Assembly: GCA_043228905.1 (NCBI GenBank)
Contig: JBHGNT010000018.1
Span: 2,976,001-3,040,000, forward strand
Direction of reading: 5' to 3'
DNA from: Azolla caroliniana
Taxonomy: Eukaryota > Plantae > Polypodiophyta
Length of the DNA: 64,000 bases
In this document: in pieces, positions 37,942 to 50,188 of the stretch
Numbering within the stretch: the stretch's first letter is position 1
Layout: each line of letters begins with the position of its first letter
Notes under the pieces: model-generated
What the model was told of the DNA's origin: nothing
Seen by the model: only the letters and a program-made list of their open reading frames with translations
Database searches by the model: none
Position numbers and translations under genes: made by a program

Positions 37942-40840
37942 TTTTTTTTTTAAAGGAAGATGCACCTTAGTATATTACTTGAAAAGTCTACATAGGAAAA
38001 ACAAAAGGAGACATTTATCTCACTTCTTTTTGTAAGATACAAAAGCTAGTACATCTGATGATAAAGATGATGTCATATATGAACAAGTAGAACAATACTT
38101 ACTATCCACCATCCAACATAAACGAAGGTATGGCATAATTCCACTTTGGACCAACAGTTGTCTCTGAAAATAATTGGAGTCCTTGCCATCGGTTCTTAAA
38201 GGCCACTTGCCGTTGCCACAAAATATCATCTGAACCCTGCAGATCATCATATTGCTCACGCAATGTGTGAACAAACAACATTCAAAATTCAATAAGCATA
38301 GTGTTGAATTGTACATGGGCATTGTTAAAAACAGAATCACATCTCACTTTCCATATTATCCAAAGAGCCAATGATGTAATTGTATGCCAAATGACCAGAT
38401 TTTTAATTCTGAACCGTGAAATAGAAGAAGGAAACGAGGTGAGAGAGAGGTGTCCATAAGAAAAATGAAAAACATGAGAAGCATGCATACTTTCATACCT
38501 CATAACCTCTCCATGAAGGACACCCCACAATACTGTACCCCAAGAGAATATTGATCAAGAGTAGTGTTATCTCAACAATAAAAACAACTTACTCCAAAAT
38601 TTCTTGATCTTGGGACATAACCAAAACAAATGCAAAATCAATTCAGTAGGTGCGCCACCATGCAATCCACAAGCATATTGTTGATGTTGTCTCAACCAAT
38701 CACCAACGGGAAGAGCATAATGAATCAACAGCCATCGAAAGCAAATAACTTTTTTCGGCAATTGCATGCTCAACAACCATTTCCAAAATTTTGCAAGTTG
38801 TAATTCTTGCACATTATTCCCAGACCAATGCTTCATGGCACCAAGATATTTATAATTTGATTGCAACAATAAATTTCTACCTAGCTTAACCAAATATTGG
38901 AAAAACTCCAAATGTTTACCATTTCCACCACAACTCCGCTTTTTCCATCGATAATCAGCCAGATCCCAATCTAAAATTTGAAGAGGTTTTTTTTGAAAAA
39001 CCCACAATGAGCAATACAACAAGCATTCTTGAAAGGGTGGATTGAAAGACCATTTTTTTCCCGATCTTGTGACTACTCAAATGGCCAAAGTGTTAGCGGA
39101 CATCCACACATCTGATGCAGATTATACATGCCACAACCTACCATCATCATCAACATTAAAATACATAGCATCACCCGTAGCATTGGTTACTTTAGCTCCT
39201 AAAATAACTTTTAAAGGAGAAAAATAACCAAACCATATCTGATTACTTAAGCGAGACCATGAAGCCATAAATTGTCCTAATGTCACTTGCATATCATTAC
39301 TCATAACAACGCCTCCTCGAACTGAATGCATTGATAAAGATTGTAACGGACGATTCATAACATGACATCCCTATAAAAGAACATTACATGCAACTGATGC
39401 ATCCAAAGCAGCCCAATTTAGCATGAGGTGGCTACCAAGCAAAAAACCTCTCGCATCAAAGAAGAGAAAATTCCAAGTCAAAGGCTGTCTCAAGAAATCA
39501 TTCATTGTCAAAGGCATTTTTCGGACTAGAAATTTCTTAATAACAACCCAACTTGTGAGAATTCCATTAAAAAATCTATCTTCTGGTAAGGATGTTTTAA
39601 AGAAATGAAAATTCTGAATAAATGCCCACCTTAACGAGGGTTGCCAAACTCCAGCTATTTTCGGACACATAGTAGACAACCTATGCATCATTAGTTGACT
39701 CCAAATACCTTGCATTGGCAACATAGCTCTACACACAAATTTAGAGAGCAAAGCCTTACATTGCGATTTCGGATCCACCAAGCCCAACCCATCATTTTGT
39801 CTTGGAGCAATCAATATTGCCCAAGCTACTTTAGGCCTTTTATTCTGACCTGTTTTTCCTCCCCAAATATAATTGCGAATAAGACGTTGGACCTACAAAA
39901 TACATGATCTAGCAAACAACGTAGTAGAAGCAATATACCAAATAGTTGCAAGAAGAACTTGATTAGCTACGAGTACACAACCTGCAAATGATAAGTCAAC
40001 CGAATCCCAAAGCAACAATTTTCTTCTTAACTTTAAAAGTAGAGGAGCAACTAACACATCCACATTAACGTGAAGTCCCACTTGGCAACCCAAGGAACGA
40101 ATAGTGGTTCCATCAAGAACCCATTTGAATTCTTGCGAAGGCATCCAAGTAGGCAACGGATTTGGCGATACCCAAAAACCAAGAGATTTATGGCAATTTA
40201 TCTTTGCCCCCGAGGCCAGGCCAAGCAAAATTCCTCCATCGCTACTTGTAATTTTCTTAAATTATCATCATTACCTTGGCCATAAATTGTTGTATCATCA
40301 GCAAATTCTGAATCCAACAGTTGTTGCTGCATTAAGGGCAAAGGCAAACCCTTAAGAGAAACTTGGGAAGAATTTAAATACATTGAAAATGTTTCCACTA
40401 CTAGCAAAAACAAGGATGGGGCCAATTGACAACCTTGACGTACAGAACGAGAAATAGAAAATTTTCTAGTTTGTCCACCAGCTACCAAGACAGAACTAAA
40501 GGCCTCACAATACAAAGAAGCTACAACCCTAATCCATTGGATCGAAAAGCCTAGTCTCAAAAACGAACCCTCCATGAAGTCCCAATTAACTCTATCATAT
40601 GCCTTCTCAAAATCTAATAAAAGAACTGCAAGATCTTCTTTAGTCTTCGTTGCAATCCCTGTTAACTCCCAAAACAAAAAAACATTATCAAAGATACCAC
40701 ATTCCTGCATAAATCCCATCTGAGATGCATGCACAATGTCCAAAAGAAAGGGCTGCAATCGCAAAGCCAACAACTTGGCATATATTTTGTAAATTGTGTT
40801 TAATAGAGTAATGGGGCGTCAACCCTAATGACATTCCAAA
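37942..40840 (-). mobile_element. 5'-truncated L1-clade LINE (RT plus C-terminal zf-RVT), decayed
   Basis: RPITLLNTIYKI, LLLDFEKAYDRV, SVRQGCQLAP, EFADD, GLGLVDP and HLFWLCP motifs; poly-A tail seen as T-run at 37942-37951. Confidence 0.9.
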
Positions 40841-42351
40841 TAAGATTGTTCTCCATCTTAGATATCCTCTAATGTGCAATATTCTTGTCAAAGATCAAGC
40901 AAGTTGAGAATTCGAAAAGATGAAAAGTTGATGTATTGGGAATTTGTAAACTAGCCTATGCATGGATTGCTATGATTGTGCAATCAAATTTTCTATCATT
41001 GATTTCTTAGCCAAGAATGCACAGTAGTTAAACGAATTTGCTAAATATTACTTATGACCCATTGCTATGACGAACTGGCTATTTTGGTAGATGGAAACCA
41101 TATGGGTATCATCTAGAGTTGATGTTTAAAGACAATTGGGTGTGCATGTGGGCCAAACAAACAATCGTCTTGCATAGTTGAGGGCAATGAAGAAACAACC
41201 CAAACAAAATCATTGGGGTTGGGAAAAACTTCAAAGTACCAAAAAAAATGCAATGACTAACTACCCTTGTGAGACAAACTTAAAAATTAGACAAGGGAGC
41301 ATGCTTTTACAAAAGTCAAAATAAAGTGTCGAAGTCCTAACGTCAAAATAAAGTTCAAGATGATGTGCATATTGATGGTTGTCTCAAGGATCATTATCAT
41401 TGTAATGAATAATATACAAAAATGGTGATACTTATGAAGATGTTCTTGAAGCTTTCATTGAGGAAGCAATTTCAGCCACTATTCCAAAGTGAATATATTG
41501 GGTGAGCTTTGGAGTGACAAAAATGCTTGCAAAAAGGTTGGGTTTGTATGGTATTATAATCATTGTTGTGTTGTCTGGTGTGAAAAAGGGGGAAGCATTT
41601 AAGGTCACTGACAAAGATATATCTCTCCAATCTTTGAAATCAATCACCCAAAAGAATTCCTTTTGGAATGGGCAAATATGAGAGTCTCCTATCTTTGAAA
41701 ATCCTTCATTCTGTAAGAAAAATTATGCATTCCAAATGAAACTTGCCCCCGGGGGATCTGACCAGTTGGATAGATCTGACCAACTTGGTCCCATTTACAT
41801 GGAAAATACTTCACAGCCACACACTCTCTAGTATCTGGTTGGGCCACTAACGGGGACCCATAGGCTATGGGTCCGTATTAGTGGACCATAGCTATGGCTA
41901 GTCCATGGAGAGTCATGGGTCCGGTGCGCAAATCACTCTGTAGATGGTTGAGTCATTCTTCTTCTTTGCCTTGGCTGACTCCAAGTCGCCCATCCATCGC
42001 TCTTCATAACTCCCCTTCCATCCATAATTCCCTTGGTTTCGTCTACTCCGAAATTCCCATTTCTTTCACTCACTGCCCCTCCTCCAACTTATCCAACACT
42101 CCTCGGTTGGTTTCGACCATCCTTCATATTCCATTCACGAGATGTTGAACCTCCCATGCACTCTGCCTCTCTTCTCAATCCTTATTATCATCATAAATTC
42201 GGCAATGCCTGCGGAGGTTGTGGCTGTGGCGCCCACTCCCTCTCCAACCTCTTCCTCCTCCGACATGGCCATAGTGCAAGCCCAAGCCCACGCTCTCATA
42301 GCAATCAAGGATGCCATCACCAATGACCCCTATTCTCTCCTCTCCTCCTGG

Positions 42352-42388
42352 ACCACCACCACCACCACCACCACCACCACCACCACCA
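42352..42388 (+). repeat. (ACC)n coding microsatellite encoding poly-Thr in the LRRNT
   Basis: Twelve ACC codons after LLSSW. Confidence 0.9.
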
Positions 42389-42926
42389 ACTCTACTAGTG
42401 ATGTGGTGGCACCACCTTCCTGCTGCACTGCCGGCTGGTTCGGCCTGCACTGTGACGACCGCTTCCACATCACCTCCCTCAACCTCTCCTCCTGCAACCT
42501 CTCTGGTTCCATCTCCCCTTCTCTGGCTCTCCTCCCTTCCCTTTCCCTTCTTGATCTCTCCTACAACAACTTCTCAGGCCCCCTCCTCTTCTTCACCCAA
42601 CCACCCAACTCCTCCCTCACATACCTCGACCTCAGCTTCAACACCCTCTCGGGTGACATTCCCCTTTCCCTCATCCTAAACTCCCCCAACCTCCAAACCC
42701 TGCAACTTAAACACACTGGCCTCGGCGGCATTGTTCCTCCAGAGATGTGGACCCATCTGCCGGCGCTTCAACACCTCTATATCTCTGACAGCTGGTCCGC
42801 ATCTCGCCCACCTCTTTTCCAGCGACTGCTAATTTCTCCTTCTGTGCTACCATTGAGGCGTTTGTCCTGGATGGCCTTGATGCATCCGGGGCATCGTTTC
42901 CCTCTTCCTTAGGAGATTGCCAACAG

Positions 42927-43970
42927 TTGCAGACCTTGATTTTGTCTACCTCGGGTCTACAAGGCTCCATCCCCCCATCCATTTGGCAGCTTCCTCACCT
43001 CCAAATGCTGGTTATCGAAGATCTTAATGCGGCAGACGCTGCGTATATTTATCCCTATGAGCCACGCCCCTACAAGCTCCACGGGTCACTGCCATCCACT
43101 TTTGCCTTCTGTGGCGCTGCTGGATCTACCATCCAAGATATGTCCATAGAGGGCATAAATCTCACTGGCCACATTCCTGTTTCTATAGGCACCTGTGCCT
43201 CTCTGCAGACTCTGAATTTCCTTATCACAAACCTCGAGGGTCCCATCCCTTCTATCCTCGGGAACCTCACCCAGCTACAGACCTTGATTTTGTCTACCTC
43301 GGGTCTACAAGGCTCCATCCCCCCATCCATTTGGCAGCTTCCTCACCTCCAAATGCTGGTTATCGAAGATCTTAATGTGGCAGACTCTGTGAATAATTAT
43401 CCCTACGAGCCACTCCCCTACAAGCTCCACGGGTCACTGCCAACCACATTTGCCTTCTGTAGCGCTGCTGGATCCACCATCAAAGAGATGTCCATAGATG
43501 GCATAAATCTCACTGGCCACATTCCTGCTTCTATAGGCAACTGTGCCTCTCTGCAGACTCTGAATCTCCTTGTCACAAACCTCGAGGGTTCCATCCCTTC
43601 TAGCCTCGGGAACCTCACCCAGCTACAGATCTTCATTTTGACTACTACGGGCCTACAAGGCTCCATTCCCCCATCCATTTGGCAGCTTCCTCACCTGCAG
43701 GTCCTGGTTATCGTAGATCTTAATGTGTATGGCAATATGGAAATTCATCCCTACGAGCCACGCCCCTACAAACTCCACGGGTCACTGCCATCCACTTTTG
43801 GATTCTGTAGTGCTGCTGGATCTACCATCAAATTCATGTACATTGATGGCATAAATCTCACTGGCCACATTCCTGCTTCTATAGGCACCTGTGCCTCTCT
43901 GCGATCTCTGGAGTTCTCTTCCACGAGCCTGGAAGGCCCCATCCCTTCTAGCCTCGGGAACCTCACCCAG
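42927..43970 (+). repeat. Three tandem 348-bp (116-aa, four-LRR) coding modules
   Basis: Units at 42927-43274, 43275-43622 and 43623-43970, each LQxxILxTxGLQGSIPPSIWQLPHLQ...YEPxPYKLHGSLP...LGNLTQ. Confidence 0.97.
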
Positions 43971-45170
43971 CTACAGACCTTGGAGCTCCAGAGCAACAAC
44001 CTCACAGGAAGCATTCCTCCATCTCTTGGCTGCCTAATAAACATAGAGAGCTTAAGATTAAATAACAACAGGCTTTCTGGACACATTCCTCTCGAAATCG
44101 GGGCATTGACAAATCTGCAGATATTAGACCTCTCCACAAACAGCCTCGAAGGTATCGTCCCTGTTGATGCTTTACATAATCTGACGGCTCTTGAGATTTT
44201 ACGATTCTCTCAAAACAATTTGACTGGGAAAATAGAGAGCTTGGATCTGTCCAAGATGTCCAACCTCCAGACTTTTGGTGCCCATGGAAATGCTTTAGAA
44301 GGGAGCCTACCTGCTGGCCTTACAGAGAATAAGGCACTGGTCATCTTCGATATGCAGGGGAACAAATATCTCACCGGATCCTTAGGCAATACTACTACTC
44401 CTGACATCACTGGTTTATCCAAGCTAAGGGTGCTCTCAGTGAGTTACAACCAGCTAAGCGGAGACATCCCTGGTTGGGTTTGGAAGCTCCCCAGTCTGCA
44501 GGCACTGGACCTCTCCAACAATCGCTTCAGCGGTCGCTTCCCTGCAACTCTCACGTACCTCTTCTACTTCAAACTCAACCAAACAGCTGACAGTAACAAG
44601 ACAACCCTCTACGAAGAGGTGCCTGTCACGCTGAAGAATTCTGTCTATATTCTTGACTATGTATTGAGTGCACGGATCTACTTTGATGTGTCCATGAACG
44701 ATCTGGAAGGTGAAATTCCGGATAGCTTCAGGGAGCTGCAAGGTCTGACAGGGGTCAACCTGTCCCACAACCGCATCAGCGGCCCCATAGGTGAGGGTAC
44801 ATTCGGGAGATTGATACAGTTGGAGGTGTTGGATCTCTCCTACAACCAGCTCAGCGGTGGCATCCCACAAGATCTCACGTCTCTGGCCAGCATCTCTACT
44901 CTAAACCTCGTCAGTAACCAACTAGAAGGGCCAATCCCCACACAGAACAACTTCAATACCAGGTTCACGTCTGCCAGCTTTGAGAACAACCCAGGCCTGT
45001 GCGGCTACCCTCTTTCCTCCTGCAACACAAGCATCGATGATGCGAGTAGTGATGTGGGCAACACACCCAGGCAAACACAGCAATCAATCGTGATTTGGTT
45101 CAATGAGTTCATATCTCCGCGGGCACTTCTCATTGCTTATCCTGTTGGCCTTGCACTTGGCTTTTTCTTC

Positions 45171-45624
45171 TGTCACACCCTCTCCTTAAAAAGGGAATCC
45201 ATAAAAGGTTATGTAAATAAATAAGTATAAAAAAGAAATAAAATCAATAGCCTAATGGTAAAGTTCATTGATCGTGTGAGGAGAGGTGTAGGGTGCCAAT
45301 ACTAGCATATGTGTGTATTAGCTAGTGGTTAACAGGAGTGTTGTGCAAAGTCCCATAAACAGTGTAATTGTTCCAGTTATGTGGGGACTTTGCTGGATAA
45401 CGTGGGGGACAGTCGGAAGTGATTGTGGCCATATCTCCCAAAAAACGGAATCTAGCCTCTTTTCTCTTTTCTCCCTCATTTCCCTCTTTTGCTCACTGCT
45501 TATGACAATGCTCACCATTACCTATGTGCTGAGATTTCCTTCTGCTCATAGCTCACTTCTTATTGATTGCTTGTGCTTTGCGACTCAAGACTGGAAACTC
45601 AACGATTGGCTATTGCATGTGACA
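45171..45624. mobile_element. Solo LTR, 454 bp, inserted just after the RLP transmembrane codons
   Basis: Inverted termini TGTCACA...TGTGACA; 4-bp TSD CTTC at 45167-45170 and 45625-45628. Removing it restores an in-frame tail ending TGA at 45692-45694. Confidence 0.85.
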
Positions 45625-45758
45625 CTTCAACTGTACCTTGGCTTTGTCATTTGACTGCATCAACAAGGATATTTTCCACTGTAAGTTCCTTTGAATCACA
45701 TTGTTTTTTCTTTTACCAACCTCTTGCATCTCTTCAATGCCTTTGAGTGTCATCATAT

Positions 45759-48700
45759 AAATGACAGCAGAGACTCCCCATTGTAAACAGATGTGAGAAC
45801 CATATTCTGACCTTGCTTATCTAGCAAGCCGATGGCCAACGAAATCAACATGGGTTCCTTATGTGGCTGCCCCGGTGTTGCTGGTATCTCTTGTCTGTAA
45901 TTTAAACATATAAGTACAAGATGTTTCATGTTAGTAGTACTATAATGGCATATTATCAAACACGTGAGTGTTTCATAAAAGAAACATGGTTACTTTATAT
46001 AACACATGTTTGCATTGTATATCACATGATTGTTCCTTATATCATATGATTGTTTTCTTTTGTTTTCTATACACGCACCTGCAATACAGTTGAAACATAC
46101 CAGCTGGGGGATTGTATTTTGTGCGAGTGGTCAATACTGCATTATATAACACATGTTTGCATTGTATACCTATTCCAGAGATCCTCAAGTTAAACATACT
46201 AAAATCTCACGTAATAGAACAAATTGCAAAGTTACCCAAATTCCATGAATAGCAAAAAACACTGTTACAACATAAATTTACACCATTCACACATACCACA
46301 ATGCAAAGTTGCAATTATCTGCATTATTTGCATCGGGCATTGGCCATTATTTGCATCTGCATTATTTGCAGCAAGAAAATCATCACAAGTCACTGCTTGG
46401 CCATTATGTTGTTCAAAATAAAGATCCATCTCCTATACATACATTTCTGAAAGGAAATTTCAATTACAATAAACATCACACTGACTGACATTTTCAAAAA
46501 ATTACCTGGCTGAACCCGAAGAGTTTGATACATTCAAACTACCTCGGCACTATCTACATAGATGATCTTATTAGCTACAATGTACTCTTTAAAATAATTG
46601 AATAAAACAAAAAGTGTGCATAGGACATTATTTTATTACGCAGAAGCAGCCAAGGACGCAAATTCGCATGCCGCTATGGAGGAAGAAATGCGGGCACTTG
46701 ATGTCAACAAGACAAAAGCAGAGAAGTTCTCAAATCAAAAGTTTTACCGTGAGTGTTCAGAGCAGAATTCCGGGTACAATTGATCAAAAACCAGAAAAAA
46801 CTGAAGTCAGTACCAAAGCATAATATGTGCCAATGCAGATCTTATGTGATAACGCAAAAGGAAAATTTTGGATGTACCCATATAAATATTGTCTATCTGT
46901 TTGGCAAAAATAAAAAACATGTAAGAAGCAGATAACATAATAAAGGTATATGCATAGCTATAAAAGAAAGAACAGTTCAATCTACATACCTTTATGTATG
47001 AATGAGGCCTAACTCGATGAGCCATGAGACCTCCATCCTGAAGTACCAATTTATTATTTAAAATACTCCCCTCATCCCTGTGAAGTAAATACAGAAGAAT
47101 CAGGCACGTCATTCATAAAGGATTACCTGAGGAAACTGTGATACACGTAGGCACAGCACATCAGATATACATTTTACGGCTCAGCTCCCCACGTCGGAAG
47201 AGAATTCCTATAGAAAAGCATAACAAATGATTTATAAAATACACATACAGGAAAGAGATTTTGAAGTAAAAAACTCATTCTTATTTCTGGTAGGGCTTTA
47301 GTGATGCAAATTGTCTGATCCCTAAATACAGTAAGCCCCTCCTTCAAACTTAGTTGCAGCCAATCTCTGCATGTCAACCTATAACAATTGGCCAAAACAT
47401 GTCACAATTTTACTAGCTTTCAAAATATCAATAATGACGTAATATCAGCCCATACCTGTTTCCGGTCCAAATGTGGAAGTACTGAAGTTGAAGTACAAGA
47501 ATTTCATACAGCATGCAATAATTTATTTCAGCCTATCATAGTCTATTATCATACTTCATTAACCAAAAGCTAAACCTCATAGGAAGGGGAACGTGATCAA
47601 TCCTCATGGCCAATTGCTCCAAGAACTGCAGCATAATTACCGTGACTTGCTGTTTCCGGAAAAGCCAATACCAATCTTGAGTCAAAAACCTAGAAAGGGG
47701 AAAAAACAGATCAAAAGCAAGAGGAGATTGACATAGGATTAAAAATTACAAAAGTAGACAGCTACATGTTAAAATCAGGAACAGCAACAATGTTGAAAAG
47801 ATCGAGATCATATTCCCGTCCATACACCTGCAAAAGCGATTCCAAATAAGGATACCAAATATTACTTACAATCAAGTCAGAAAACGTTTTCATCTTAAAC
47901 CAACCTCTTCATCCTACTTCATGGCTGCTTTCAAAGAATGCATTGCATGCACAGTCTTTGCTATATCCTGTGCTGGTGTCCAAATACGAAGTGCAACATT
48001 ACACCCCGAAATGTGGTAAAGACATCATCCAGAGTTAGAAGTTGCCCTGCCACTAAAACAAACAAGTAGCAGAGCTTCTTGAAAGGGTCCTCCCAAACAG
48101 CATAATGCCTACCATCCTGTTGTTACAAAAAAATGTCTAGAATGAGTTCTCTCCCTCTCTCTTTCTTTCATAGCAAAGAATATAAGGATATAAACAAAAT
48201 CGTAAGGCATTATCCAATCGAGGGAAAAAATCTGAGGACAAAACAAGTTTATAGGACAAATGGATATACACAACATCATGAGACACACTTATACATCACC
48301 AGCATGATTTGGAATTGTAATCAATATGCATGTAATGCCCCATGATTGATGTACAAATTTGATCAAAGCTAGATGGCAGGGTAAATAATGAACAACGATA
48401 GGACTCTTTGCTAATCGAGTTGTAATGTTGGAAGAGGAATGAAAAATAAAGAAATGTATTGACGCTCTATACATGAACACCTTTGAGTACCCTTTGAGCA
48501 AAATAGGGACACATGGATTTAATGTTTTTTGGCTATAAGCCAATGTCCATGACTGGAGAGCAGTAAGAAAAATCCATGATCGCAAAGAAGTGTATAGTAC
48601 AATTCAAAATCCAAATCAAATGAAGTACACCAAAGAGAGCTTAACCCAAAAGAAAACTTACAGCCAAAGTACTTGTTCGTCATATAGGTTCCTCCTTTAC

Positions 48701-49907
48701 TCTCACTATAGAATCTTTTTCTCACTAGAAACTAAAGAACGAAGCTATGGTTTTTTGGCTTCCTAATATTTTGTCAATACACAACAAAACTAGGTTAACA
48801 AGAAGTATATGTAGATTATATTATCCTAAGCCTGACTAGCGTATCCATATCCAAAAGATCGGAGCTTCATTAGAAATTATATTTCTAATGGAAGGTGCTG
48901 CATAAGCATTTGCAACCTATACTTATGTCTTATATAACATCATATTCTATTTAATGTTAAATGCATATACAGTATTGACTACTGTAAATTGAAGAAGACA
49001 ATAAGCGGTTAGCTATAATTCAATTTAGACTGTTCAAATGTAAATAGTATGATATGCTTATTATATACAATATATATCTATTTGAATTTAGTATCATTTC
49101 CGGGGATCATGGTTCACCATGGGACATGAAACAGTCTGATTCTCCACTTATTTACTATTCCATTTCTCGGTTCTGAGATTGTAGGCTATGCTTTTGAAGC
49201 TTCTTCGCATGGGATTTAAGTGAGAGGTTAACAGTAGAAGCTTAAAAGGAAAGACGATGGTTAAACATTTACCTTCACTTGACTTCTTGGAAAGTATAGA
49301 TTGGCAGAACCAAAGTCCATATTTTCCACCATTACAATGCTATTAATCATCTGAACATTAGTGCACCAGTACTAAATAGCTACGAATCGCACTTACAGAA
49401 AGATCCCCTTGATCAAATAAGATTTCCGTTGGAAAGAAGCACAGGATTCAAAGAGTAGTCTGATTCTCGATTCTCGTGGTAAAATTAGCCATGATATCTG
49501 ATTGATCATGATTTTTGAAACCACATCAAAAGATATATTGTAAAGTAGCAATCAAAAGAATTCATTTGGAAAGTATAGATAGGCAGAACCAAAATCCATA
49601 TTTTCTACCATTAGAATGCTATTAATCATCTGAACATTAGTGCATCAGTACTAAATAGTTACGAAAAAAAAGTTTCGCACTTACAGAAAGATCCCCTTGA
49701 TCAAATAAGATGTCCGTTGGAAAGAAGCACGGGATTCAAAGACTTATCTGATTCGATTCTCGTGGTGAAATTAACCATGATATCTGATCGATCCTGATTT
49801 TTGAAACCACATAAAAAATATATATTGTAAAGTAGCAATAAAAAAGAATCCATGGTCATGCTTTCTACCAAACTTAACAGAATTAATTACCTGACAAAAG
49901 GTTATCT
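45759..49907 (-). pseudogene. Partial genomic duplicate (with introns) of the M1 aminopeptidase gene, matching ~12446-17413
   Basis: Collinear exons and introns. TGG>TAG at 47914-47916, GAMEN exon deleted at junction 47760/47761, VYEK exon replaced, 11-nt deletion in the GAEVV exon, several splice sites mutated, DRPD exon region duplicated (~49288-49565 and ~49566-49850). Confidence 0.95.
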
Positions 49908-50188
49908 CAGGCTACAACCATAAAAAATAATAAAGCAAACAAGTAAGTAAAATTAGAAAAAAAATTTAACTAGTCAATGCCCTAATGGTGATTGTCAGAA
50001 AAGGTGTAGTATATGTATGTATAAGTTACATATAACACACCTAAAAATCATAAATAGGCTTGGCGAGGGAATCGCGGTACAAAGCGCCTGCGATTTGCAG
50101 GTGGATAAAAATAAAAAACGCGCCAGATAAAAAAAAAGTTGTCACTAGTCGCCCAACTCTGATACCCTCAATCACGTAACTACTCTTG

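Larger units (their letters stand above)
42142..45224 (+). pseudogene. Intronless LRR receptor-like protein gene with one frameshift and an LTR-derived C-terminus
   Basis: Signal-peptide-like N-terminus, LRRNT (ALIAIK..DP..LSSW..CC..WFGLHCD), >20 plant extracellular LRRs, island, four final LRRs, C-cap FENNPGLCGYPLSSC, acidic stalk, TM with GxxxG (GLALG), no kinase. ORFs 42142-42912 and 42927-45224 join through a frameshift at ~42787-42822. Confidence 0.92.

Noticed and set aside
42311-42679. Poly-proline extensin-like ORF and antisense ORFs over the RLP
   Set aside because: Alternative frames of the (ACC)n tract and LRR codons.
42794-42926. Small intron rescuing the RLP frameshift
   Set aside because: The GT at ~42794 paired with nearby AGs gives a 28-nt intron with an immediate stop or the wrong phase, and the skipped region is itself LRR-like.
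45225-45757. Kinase domain or Helitron end after the RLP
   Set aside because: No kinase motifs; the CTAG/hairpin features fall inside the solo LTR defined by termini and TSD.
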